Source: Candidatus Liptonbacteria bacterium (GTDB lineage Bacteria > Patescibacteriota > Minisyncoccia > UBA6257 > 2-01-FULL-56-20). Taken from it: 64,000 nucleotides of DNA. The notes beneath the pieces are model-generated. The model had not been told where the DNA came from. It saw nothing but the letters and a program-made list of their open reading frames with translations, and made no database searches. Both the position numbers and the translations under genes were made by a program. The DNA is taken from assembly GCA_016194445.1 (NCBI GenBank), contig JACQBP010000010.1, positions 75 to 64,074 of the forward strand, written 5' to 3'. Of the stretch, positions 8,299 through 16,234 are shown piece by piece; the first letter of the stretch is position 1; each line of letters starts with the position of its first letter.

Positions 8299-10395
8299 AT
8301 GAGAAAGCTTTTGAGGAGTGTCTTTTTGTGTCTGTGGCTGATTTTCACACTAGCTCCTTTAGGCGCAAAGGCAAGTCCTGGGATTAGTTCAGCTTCATTA
8401 TCTCTGGCGCCGGCCACCGGTACTTTTACGGTGGGGAGCACGTTTACGGTTTCGCTTTTTTTAAATACGGGGGGACAAGCAGTGAACGCCATCGAGGCCA
8501 ATTTGAATTTCCCGACCGATAAATTGCAAGTAGTGGCGCCTTCGGCTGGGAAGTCTTTGATCCACGTCTGGATTAATCAACCGACTTATTCGAACATTGA
8601 CGGCTCCCTGAAGTTTCAGGGCGCGATACCGAATCCCGGCATTAACACGGAGAGCGGTTTGATTTCGACGGTGACTTTCCGAGTGAAGCAGGTGGGGGTG
8701 GCAACCGTAAAAATCTCCGACAGCTCGCGGGTGCTTTTAAACGATGGCAAAGGCACCGATATTTTGGGCAACACGGATAGCGGCGTCTACGAACTGATTT
8801 TGCCGCCGCCGGCGGGACCACTCGTCGTGTCACCAACTCATCCCGACCAGACTAAGTGGTACCCAATTAACAACGCAGCCTTGGGGTTTGAAAAAATTCC
8901 GGCGGTTCGAGGTTTCAGTTATGTTTTGAATGATTCACCAGTGGATGTCCCAGACGAAATTTCGGAAGGCATAAAAACTAACGTGGTTTACACGAACCTG
9001 GCCGACGGGATTCATTATTTCCATATTAAATCTTTAGGGGCGGATGCGTGGGGTGGAGTGACCCATTTTGCGGTTAATGTTGATAAGACTCCACCGGCCA
9101 CCTTTCCGGTTAATATTTCACCCAGCAATTATACTTCTCGTCGACAGCCCATTATTGATTTTAGAACGACGGATGCGGCCTCGGGGATAGATCACTACGA
9201 ACTGAAGATTATTCCTTTAGATGGGTCGGCGCGAGAAGCATTGGGGGTGCAAGATAAGAACGGCACGCCTTTTTTTATTGAAGTTAATCCTCCCTACTAT
9301 CGGGAACTGGGACTAGGGAGATACGACGTGGTGGTTCGGGGTTACGATAAGGCGGGTAATTTTTATCAGGCGACAGAGAAGCTGACGATTACTCGAGCGG
9401 TTTTTGAGTTGGTGAGAGGCGAGGGTATCCAGATTAAGGGAGTAATTCTCATTCGGTGGCCCTACGTTTGGGCTTTGTGTATTCTGCTTTTAATCATTTT
9501 AGGTTACTTAGGGAGAAGAGTTTTAAGGAGACACCGGGAGGTGCATGAGTATCTCGAGAGTGGGGCTCTCCGGCATCCGACGGTGGCTCCCAAGCTTGAA
9601 GAATTGAGGAAAAAACAGAAAGATTACTCTTCCGATTCAGGGAAAGGGCTCGCCGCAGTCGTGATGCTGATTTTAATGGCCGGGGCGATGGTTTTAGGTT
9701 CTAAGGAAGCGAGGGCTCAAGTGAAAGCGGCCAGTGTCTTGAAAGTGGAGCCGCCGATTGTGACTCTTTTGCCGAAAGCGATTTCGAATGACGAAATTTT
9801 GTATATCGGCGGGAGAGCGGGAGCGCCGGAAGCGGAAGTCATCGTGTATCTTCAGAATAAAACGACGGGTGAGTCGATCAGCCAATCCGTCAAGACGGAT
9901 CAAACCGGAGCCTGGTTTTATTCATTCTCGCAGTTTTTCAACCCGGGCGATTACGTGGTTTGGACCCAGCTTAAAGTGGGGGACGAACTTAGCCCGCCAA
10001 GTCCGGAGAGGAGTTTGGTGGTGGCGCCCTTAGCCATTCAGATTGGAGGAGGACGGCTGGGGTACGAGGAGTTGTATTTGATAATTCTTTCGGTTTTGAG
10101 CGCGGCGTTTTTGGGGATCATCATATTTATCGGCTACCATTCTTATCACCAACGGGTAAAGAGTAAGCGACTACTTGAGGAGATTCGCCAGGCGGAGGAA
10201 TCGGTGAGAAGAGGGTTTCTGGTTTTGCGCCGTGACATTGAGGCGGAACTGGCTACGATCCGAAGAGCCAAGATGAGCAAGGAGCTCCAGTTTGAGGAGA
10301 AGACTCGTGAGGAGAAGTTGCTTAAGGATTTGGAATTAGTCAACAATTACGTCGGCAAGGAGATTTGGGAAATCGAGAAGGAGCTCGGTTCGTGA
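8299..10395 (+). CDS. large cohesin-like domain membrane protein with a C-terminal coiled coil
   Basis: The N-terminal module is paralogous to 7374-8288 (TFTVGSTFTVSLFLNTGGQAVNAIEANLNFPTDKLQVV...VATVKISDSSRVLLNDGKGT). It has TM helices at ~aa 385-405 and 445-460 and again ~aa 590-615, and a charged coiled-coil C-terminus. Confidence 0.55.
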   Translation: MRKLLRSVFLCLWLIFTLAPLGAKASPGISSASLSLAPATGTFTVGSTFTVSLFLNTGGQAVNAIEANLNFPTDKLQVVAPSAGKSLIHVWINQPTYSNIDGSLKFQGAIPNPGINTESGLISTVTFRVKQVGVATVKISDSSRVLLNDGKGTDILGNTDSGVYELILPPPAGPLVVSPTHPDQTKWYPINNAALGFEKIPAVRGFSYVLNDSPVDVPDEISEGIKTNVVYTNLADGIHYFHIKSLGADAWGGVTHFAVNVDKTPPATFPVNISPSNYTSRRQPIIDFRTTDAASGIDHYELKIIPLDGSAREALGVQDKNGTPFFIEVNPPYYRELGLGRYDVVVRGYDKAGNFYQATEKLTITRAVFELVRGEGIQIKGVILIRWPYVWALCILLLIILGYLGRRVLRRHREVHEYLESGALRHPTVAPKLEELRKKQKDYSSDSGKGLAAVVMLILMAGAMVLGSKEARAQVKAASVLKVEPPIVTLLPKAISNDEILYIGGRAGAPEAEVIVYLQNKTTGESISQSVKTDQTGAWFYSFSQFFNPGDYVVWTQLKVGDELSPPSPERSLVVAPLAIQIGGGRLGYEELYLIILSVLSAAFLGIIIFIGYHSYHQRVKSKRLLEEIRQAEESVRRGFLVLRRDIEAELATIRRAKMSKELQFEEKTREEKLLKDLELVNNYVGKEIWEIEKELGS

Positions 10396-10569
10396 AGTAT
10401 GATCATGAAGCTTATGTTACGAGAGAGGCGGTTTTTCTGGTGACTATTGCCAAATCTGGGCTTTTTTGGTAACTTTTGGGTGGGAAAAGGCCTTGTATTT
10501 AAGTAGGGTTCGATACCCCCCTACGATTAAGTAGGTGGGAGGGTAAAGGTCGCTAATTTAATAAAAGTA

Positions 10570-10875
10570 ATGGTTTTCCTTTATATTACTTGTAAGAATC
10601 AAGAGGAAGCCAAAAGAATCGGCCGACAGTTGGTGAGGGAAAAAGCGGCCGGATGCGTGAATATCTTCCCTATTAGTTCGGTTTATGGGGATGGCGGAGG
10701 AGTCCGAGAAACTGAAGAGACTTCGATGATTGTCAAAACGATTGATTCGAAGGTGCAGGAGGTGGAAGATATCGTGCGAAGCATCCACAGCTACAAAGTT
10801 CCTTGCATCGCTTCTTTTTCGCTTCATCGCTTGAACCATGAGTACAAAGAGTGGCTCACGAGTCAAGTGGTGTAG
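10570..10875 (+). CDS. cutA: divalent-cation tolerance protein CutA
   Basis: The 101-aa ORF aligns along its length with CutA1 (YITCKNQEEAKRIGRQLVREKAAGCVNIFP...SYKVPCI...EYKEWL). Confidence 0.8.
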   Translation: MVFLYITCKNQEEAKRIGRQLVREKAAGCVNIFPISSVYGDGGGVRETEETSMIVKTIDSKVQEVEDIVRSIHSYKVPCIASFSLHRLNHEYKEWLTSQVV

Positions 10876-10941
10876 GTGATTTTGGTAAATAATTCCTTAG
10901 CGCCCAAAAGGATGGGGGTTAGATTTTATAATATCTATTCT

Positions 10942-12462
10942 ATGAAGTTTCAGCTTGTTAAAAATATTTCGAAAACAACCGCGCCAGTTTTTATTTTAAA
11001 AGACGAAGATCGGATTGATCGACACGGTTTTTTTAAATTTTTGTCGGATGGAGACAGGAAGTATTTAGTGAACTTTCAGAAAAATTTTCCGATCAAAAAA
11101 GAGCATAGCCATCCTTTGGTTTTGCCATCGGGGGTTAAAGTGATGGTGATTGGAGTATGGGAGAGAGCGAAATTTAATCATCGGAAAGCCATGATGACGG
11201 CTCGGAGAGTGATCGCGGTTGCGAGACGGGAGCGAGTGCGGAATTTGGCGGTAAGTTTTGAAGATTTTTTGGCAAAAGATAACCGCGATAATCGAAAGAC
11301 ACTGGCTGAAGTTTTGGCGACGCAGATGGAAATGGCGAATTACGAGTTTGTGAAGTACAAGACGCCGCAACCAGAAGGGTGGGCTTTTGTGCAGGAAGTC
11401 GGGGTGGTTTCCGAAAAACCGATGCCAATTTTAAATGAAGCCTTGAAGCAAGGACAAATTGTGGGTGAGGAGATTAACAACGCGAGGACACTTTCGAATA
11501 CGCCGGGGAACGATATGACGCCTCAAACTTTAGCCAACGGAGCGCTTAAAATTGGCGAGCAGTATAAAGTCAAGGTTGAGATTCTGGACGAAAAGGCCAT
11601 GAAGGAGCTCAAGATGGGTGGGGTGTTGGGTGTAGCGAAGGGTTCAATGGAGAAGCCAAAGTTTATTGTGATGGAATATATGAAAGGTAAGCGCTCGGAG
11701 AAGCCGGTAGTTTTAGTGGGCAAAGGGGTAACGTTTGATACGGGGGGTTTGAATTTGAAACCGGAGAATGGAATTTATGAGATGCATATGGATATGTCGG
11801 GTGGGGCGGCGGTGATCCATACGATCGCGGCACTCGCTCGACTAAAAGTGAAGAAAAATATCGTGGCTTTGGTGCCGGCGGTCGAGAATATGCCGTCGGG
11901 ATCGAGTTATCACCCCGGGGATGTTTTGACGACGATGAACGGAAAGACGATTGAAGTTTTGAATACGGATGCCGAAGGACGGGTGATTTTGGCGGACGCT
12001 TTGGAATATTCCAAGAAATATAAACCTCGATTAGTGATTGACGTGGCGACTTTAACGGGTTCCGCCATATCAGCCTTGGGACAAAGGGCTTCGGCGATTT
12101 TTTCTAACAACGCTCGAGTGGAACAGAAGATGATCGAGAGCGGTGAGGCGGTGGGTGATTTTCTTTGGGCGTTGCCCTTATGGGAGGAGTATGAGGAGGA
12201 TGTGAAGGGCACGTTTGGAGATGTGGCGAATAGCTCTAAAACCAGATACGGCGGCGTGATTAATGGAGCGATGTTTCTCTGGCAGTTTATAAAGAGTTCA
12301 CAAGAGACAAGAGACAAGGGACATGGAGGGGAAAAGGATCAGATTCCGTGGGTGCATATTGATATGGCGCCGCGAATGACGGCGACGGAAAATGAATTTT
12401 TGGCGAAGGGCTCGACCGGCGCGCCGGTGGGACTTTTGACGGAATTTTTGAAGAAGTTTTAG
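10942..12462 (+). CDS. pepA: M17 leucyl aminopeptidase
   Basis: M17 signature motifs VGKGVTFDTGG and NTDAEGRVILADAL are present. The start was chosen at MKFQLVK inside the track ORF 10876-12462. Confidence 0.85.
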   Translation: MKFQLVKNISKTTAPVFILKDEDRIDRHGFFKFLSDGDRKYLVNFQKNFPIKKEHSHPLVLPSGVKVMVIGVWERAKFNHRKAMMTARRVIAVARRERVRNLAVSFEDFLAKDNRDNRKTLAEVLATQMEMANYEFVKYKTPQPEGWAFVQEVGVVSEKPMPILNEALKQGQIVGEEINNARTLSNTPGNDMTPQTLANGALKIGEQYKVKVEILDEKAMKELKMGGVLGVAKGSMEKPKFIVMEYMKGKRSEKPVVLVGKGVTFDTGGLNLKPENGIYEMHMDMSGGAAVIHTIAALARLKVKKNIVALVPAVENMPSGSSYHPGDVLTTMNGKTIEVLNTDAEGRVILADALEYSKKYKPRLVIDVATLTGSAISALGQRASAIFSNNARVEQKMIESGEAVGDFLWALPLWEEYEEDVKGTFGDVANSSKTRYGGVINGAMFLWQFIKSSQETRDKGHGGEKDQIPWVHIDMAPRMTATENEFLAKGSTGAPVGLLTEFLKKF

Positions 12463-12568
12463 GGTAGACACTAGCCACTAGGGTTTAGGGTATAATAAAT
12501 AAATGAATTCGGCGGCTTGAGACATCCGAGGTTTTTTTGATGTTTTTTACTTAAGATGCTATGACGCG

Positions 12569-13084
12569 TCATAGCGTAATGGAGGATTTGGTGCGTTCGA
12601 GGAAGTCTTTGAGGGATCTGGGGAAGCTCGCGAAGTAGAGGAGGGAGCCGAAGGCGGTGCCTAAAGTGACAGAGATCAAAAACTGGTTGTATTCTCGGAT
12701 AAGCAAATAGTCAACCAGGGCGTAGGCCGAGAGGGCGGTGACGACAAGGACGGTGAGGCCAACGGTTTTGTGAGAGGCGACGACATTTTTCATCGTGAAA
12801 AGAATAAAGACGATGACGCTCGCTAAGAAAGCCAAGTTGAGGTTGATGCCCTGGAAGATCGGGTCGTGGGGAAAGCCAACGTCTAAAAAGTGACTGACTT
12901 TATAGACTAAAACGATAGCGACGAGAGTGAGGCCACCCCAGAAACCGGATTTGACGGCTTTGACGTCTCTCGCGTAATCCGGATCTTTGTCGGTCTTTTT
13001 AGTCATCACAAGAACAAGCAAGAGGATAAGAGGGATAATGACCCAGGTGATAAAGTCGAAGAGGAAGTTTAAAGTTTTGGGCAT
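12569..13084 (-). CDS. integral membrane hypothetical protein
   Basis: Four to five hydrophobic helices. The start was taken at the MPKTLNF ATG (13082-13084), which directly abuts a 19-bp inverted repeat. Confidence 0.5.
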   Translation of the reverse strand: MPKTLNFLFDFITWVIIPLILLLVLVMTKKTDKDPDYARDVKAVKSGFWGGLTLVAIVLVYKVSHFLDVGFPHDPIFQGINLNLAFLASVIVFILFTMKNVVASHKTVGLTVLVVTALSAYALVDYLLIREYNQFLISVTLGTAFGSLLYFASFPRSLKDFLERTKSSITL

Positions 13085-13371
13085 CCCAGTACTACAATTT
13101 TGATTGATAATACGACCTGAGGCGTTTGGCCAGAAATCTTCGTCCACCAGTAGCTTTAGTTTTCTCTGCGTTCAGCGTCAACTTCACTAGTGCAGGCTTC
13201 AAAATAGATCAGTTTCATAGGTAATCTTGGTTTAGTTGAAAAGTTCAACCCTTTTTGATGTTCTTCTATTCTTCGCTTCAAGTTGTTGGTAAATCCAATA
13301 TATTGGTTATCATCTTTAAGACTTTCTAAAACATACACGTAGAAGAACATCGTCAAAATTGTAGTACTGGG
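13085..13371 (-). mobile_element. 287-bp element bounded by perfect 19-bp terminal inverted repeats (CCCAGTACTACAATTTTGA) and carrying a GIY-YIG minigene
   Basis: TIR-L is at 13085-13103 and TIR-R (reverse complement) at 13353-13371, a 19/19 match. Both ends are flanked by an ATG, and the element lies between the start codons of two genes. Confidence 0.55.
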
Positions 13372-13374
13372 CAT
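13156..13374 (-). CDS. small GIY-YIG nuclease-family protein (YhbQ/UPF0213-like, slightly C-truncated)
   Basis: The FYVYVLES...YIGFTNNLKRRIEEHQKG motif defines a GIY-YIG core. The first seven codons (MPSTTIL) are encoded by the inverted repeat itself. Confidence 0.7.
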   Translation of the reverse strand: MPSTTILTMFFYVYVLESLKDDNQYIGFTNNLKRRIEEHQKGLNFSTKPRLPMKLIYFEACTSEVDAERREN

Positions 13375-13516
13375 GATAGAAGTTTAAAATTTAAAGATCA
13401 AAATGTAAAATTTTGGTATCCGTCCGGATTTCCAAGATAGGTTGTGCTTTTATGGTATCTTATCTGACACATTTTGAAAAGTTGAAAAGTTAGATTACAA
13501 TTAAGGGAGATTTATG

Positions 13517-13643
13517 CCCGGTACTACAACTTCAACGCTTAAAATACCAGCGGTTTATATTCTGTGTTTTGTTTTTAACCGTAATGAACTTAATATTTGG
13601 CAAGATAGTCGACTTAGGATAAAATTGAAGTTGTAGTACCGGG
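13517..13643 (+). mobile_element. 127-bp gene-less, MITE-like derivative of the GIY-YIG element, with 19-bp perfect TIRs (CCCGGTACTACAACTTCAA)
   Basis: TIRs at 13517-13535 and 13625-13643 match 19/19 within the pair but differ at 4 positions from the 13085/13353 pair. Both ends are flanked by TATG. The internal 40-codon ORF (MPGTTTSTLKIPAVYILCF...) looks like a decayed GIY-YIG N-terminus. The element sits between the ribosome-binding site and the ATG of the ATPase gene. Confidence 0.5.
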
Positions 13644-13644
13644 T

Positions 13645-15537
13645 ATGCCATTTTTATCGCAAGATGTAGTTTATTTCGGCCGGACGGATTTTCGTAACGC
13701 GAAGCGACTTTTCGGCATTAAGCGCAACGATCGGCGACAGCATATGTACGTGGTGGGGAAGACTGGGACTGGTAAAACGGCTCTGCTTCACAACATGGTG
13801 GTGCAAGATATTACGAATGGCGAGGGGGTGTGCGTGGTGGATCCGCACGGAGAGTTTGTGGAAAGTCTTTTGTCTAAAATTCCGGAGGAGAGACTCAAGG
13901 ATGTGATTTATTTCAATCCGGCGGACACCGATTATCCGATGGGGTTTAATCCGCTCGAGTTGCCGGATCAAAAATATAAACACTTGGCGGCTTCGGGGCT
14001 GATGGCCATTTTTACCAAGATTTGGGCGAATGTTTGGTCGGCGAGGATGGAGTACATTTTAAATAACGCTATTTTGGCGCTCTTAGAGACGCCGGGATCG
14101 ACACTTTTGGGAGTGAATAGAATTTTAGTCGACAAGGATTTCCGCCAAAAGATTATTGTGAACGTCAAAGATCCGGTGGTCAAGGCTTTTTGGACCAACG
14201 AGTTTGAAGCTTGGCGGGATCAGTTTCGCAACGAAGCCATCGCGCCGATTCAAAATAAAGTCGGGCAATTTCTTTCGACTGATTTGATTCGGAATGTCGT
14301 CGGTCAGCCGAAGAGCACGATCGACATTTTCGAGATTATAAACACCCGGAAAATTTTCCTCGTCAATGTTTCGAAGGGGCGGATTGGGGAGGACAATTCC
14401 GCGCTTTTAGGGGCGATGCTCATCACTAAAATTCAGCTCTCGGCGATGGAGCGGGTGCGGATTCCAGAGGAAGAACGGGCGGATTTTTATTTATACGTCG
14501 ACGAGTTTCAAAATTTTGCCACTGATTCCTTTGCCGGCATTCTTTCGGAGGCAAGGAAGTATCGGTTGAATTTGATTTTGGCGCACCAGTACATTGGGCA
14601 GCTGGTGACGGACGTTTCGACCAAAGTGCGGGACGCAGTTTTTGGCAACTGCGGGACGATGGTGATTTTTCGGATTGGGGCTACAGACGCCGAATTTTTG
14701 GAGAACGAACTGACACCCGAGTTTTTGCCAGAAGATATGGTCAACCTGCCGAATTACGCGGTTTATTTGAAGCTGATGGTGAACGGGATTACCTCGCGAC
14801 CGTTTTCGGCGGCGACGTTGCCGCCGTTTAAGGTGCCGACTTCTTCGGTGACGATTGAGAAGGTGCTCGAAGATTCTAGAAAAAATTACACGCGTTCGAG
14901 ATATGAAGTCGAGTCTCAAATTAATAGCTGGAGCGGGATGATGGGGGATGTGGTCGGTGGAGACGAAGAGAAAGCGAGGAGCGGAGTGGAACCGGGAGGT
15001 AAGTTGCCTGAGGGTCAAAAAATCGCGGCGACCTGTTCTTCTTGCGGGAAAAGGACGGAGCTGAATTTTGTGCCCACCGAGGGGCGGCCGATTTACTGCC
15101 GCGATTGTTTGGCGAAGATAAAAACGGGCGAGATGCCGAGAGTGAAGGTAGGGAAGGTCAAAGTGGCTAAACCTCAAGATAAATATTTTTCGGATTTGGC
15201 GGGATTGGGCATTGAATTTGAAGAAGATAAAAAGAAAGAGGGGGATGAGGAGGGAGGAGAAGGCAGTGAGCCTTCGAGGAGACCGGGGGGTTTGGCAACT
15301 CCGACTGGCCGAGGAATAAAGGAAATGGCGGAGGCGTCACTAAAAAAAGAAGTTTCCTTGCACTTAAGCGATCTAAAACCTAACGAGAAAGAGAGGACAC
15401 AAAAGCCGAAAAAAACTTCGGGTTTAAATATCGAAGAACTCCGGCGATCGATCACGGAAGCTTTGGAAAACCAAACGGCGGTTACTAAGGCGGAAGACAG
15501 TAATCAAAATGACTTTAGAGAAGAGAAGGCGATTTGA
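13645..15537 (+). CDS. FtsK/HerA/VirD4-superfamily P-loop ATPase (TraD/VirD4 coupling-protein-like, DUF87-like) with a C-terminal zinc ribbon
   Basis: Walker A GKTGTGKT, Walker B YLYVDEFQNF and a VDPHGEF motif. The C-terminus has CSSCGKRTELNFVPTEGRPIYCRDC. It is paralogous to 37693-39162. Confidence 0.6.
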   Translation: MPFLSQDVVYFGRTDFRNAKRLFGIKRNDRRQHMYVVGKTGTGKTALLHNMVVQDITNGEGVCVVDPHGEFVESLLSKIPEERLKDVIYFNPADTDYPMGFNPLELPDQKYKHLAASGLMAIFTKIWANVWSARMEYILNNAILALLETPGSTLLGVNRILVDKDFRQKIIVNVKDPVVKAFWTNEFEAWRDQFRNEAIAPIQNKVGQFLSTDLIRNVVGQPKSTIDIFEIINTRKIFLVNVSKGRIGEDNSALLGAMLITKIQLSAMERVRIPEEERADFYLYVDEFQNFATDSFAGILSEARKYRLNLILAHQYIGQLVTDVSTKVRDAVFGNCGTMVIFRIGATDAEFLENELTPEFLPEDMVNLPNYAVYLKLMVNGITSRPFSAATLPPFKVPTSSVTIEKVLEDSRKNYTRSRYEVESQINSWSGMMGDVVGGDEEKARSGVEPGGKLPEGQKIAATCSSCGKRTELNFVPTEGRPIYCRDCLAKIKTGEMPRVKVGKVKVAKPQDKYFSDLAGLGIEFEEDKKKEGDEEGGEGSEPSRRPGGLATPTGRGIKEMAEASLKKEVSLHLSDLKPNEKERTQKPKKTSGLNIEELRRSITEALENQTAVTKAEDSNQNDFREEKAI

Positions 15538-16234
15538 TATCATTACGATTTTCCCGAAGATCTTTGATTCTTACATTGGAGAGTCTTTTTTTAAGCGCGC
15601 GATTAAGGCGGGACTAATCGAGATTCGGACGCATAATCTGCGAGATTTCACTAACGATAAACATGCGAGAGTTGATGATCGGCCTTTTGGCGGGGGACCC
15701 GGGATGGTCCTAAAAATCGAACCGATTTTCCGAGCTGTTCAAAATGTTCGAGTTGATCGAAATGTTCGAAATGACGATCAAGCGAAGCGATCCATCAAGC
15801 GAAGTGATCGAGCGGTTCGAACTCGAGTTATTCTCTTCAGCACTCGGGGAAAGAAATTGGACGCGAAGATGGCGCAGAGGCTGGCGAAGTATGACCAATT
15901 AATTTTGATTTGCGGGAGATATGAGGGAGTGGATGAAAGGGTGGCAAAATATGTTGCCGACGAAGAAATCTCGATCGGGGATTATGTTTTGTCGGGAGGC
16001 GAATTGCCGGCCGCTGTTTTGATTGAGACGATCAGTCGTTTTTTGCCGGGTTTTTTGGGCAAGCGGGAGTCACTCGAGGAAGTTAAGGGTACTTATCCGG
16101 TTTATACTCAACCGGCTGATTTTCGGCCGATAAAATCGAGAAGTGTCTGGAAGGCGCCGAAAGTTTTGTTGTCGGGAGATCACAAAAAAATCCAAGCATG
16201 GCGATCCGACAAAAAGTCCTCTTCTGGGGTTTGA
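15509..16234 (+). CDS. trmD: tRNA (guanine37-N1)-methyltransferase
   Basis: TrmD motifs RFDIITIFP, PFGGGPGMVL, CGRYEGVDERV and GDYVLSGGELPA. A ~30-aa low-complexity insertion is encoded by short direct DNA repeats (15730-15810). Confidence 0.85.
   Translation: MTLEKRRRFDIITIFPKIFDSYIGESFFKRAIKAGLIEIRTHNLRDFTNDKHARVDDRPFGGGPGMVLKIEPIFRAVQNVRVDRNVRNDDQAKRSIKRSDRAVRTRVILFSTRGKKLDAKMAQRLAKYDQLILICGRYEGVDERVAKYVADEEISIGDYVLSGGELPAAVLIETISRFLPGFLGKRESLEEVKGTYPVYTQPADFRPIKSRSVWKAPKVLLSGDHKKIQAWRSDKKSSSGV

Noticed and set aside
10505-10545. Possible tRNA or tmRNA fragment (GGGTTCGATACCCCCTAC T-arm-like hairpin) upstream of cutA
   Set aside because: No acceptor stem, D-arm or anticodon arm can be formed with the surrounding sequence, and the loop is 8 nt. 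It is probably just a hairpin.
13085-13643. Interpreting the 19-mers simply as a shared promoter or operator motif of four genes
   Set aside because: Each copy has an exact inverted partner at 19/19, while partners differ between pairs. One partner of each pair lies inside coding sequence and the other immediately 5' of an ATG. A TIR-bounded insertion explains this better, though a regulatory palindrome is not fully excluded.
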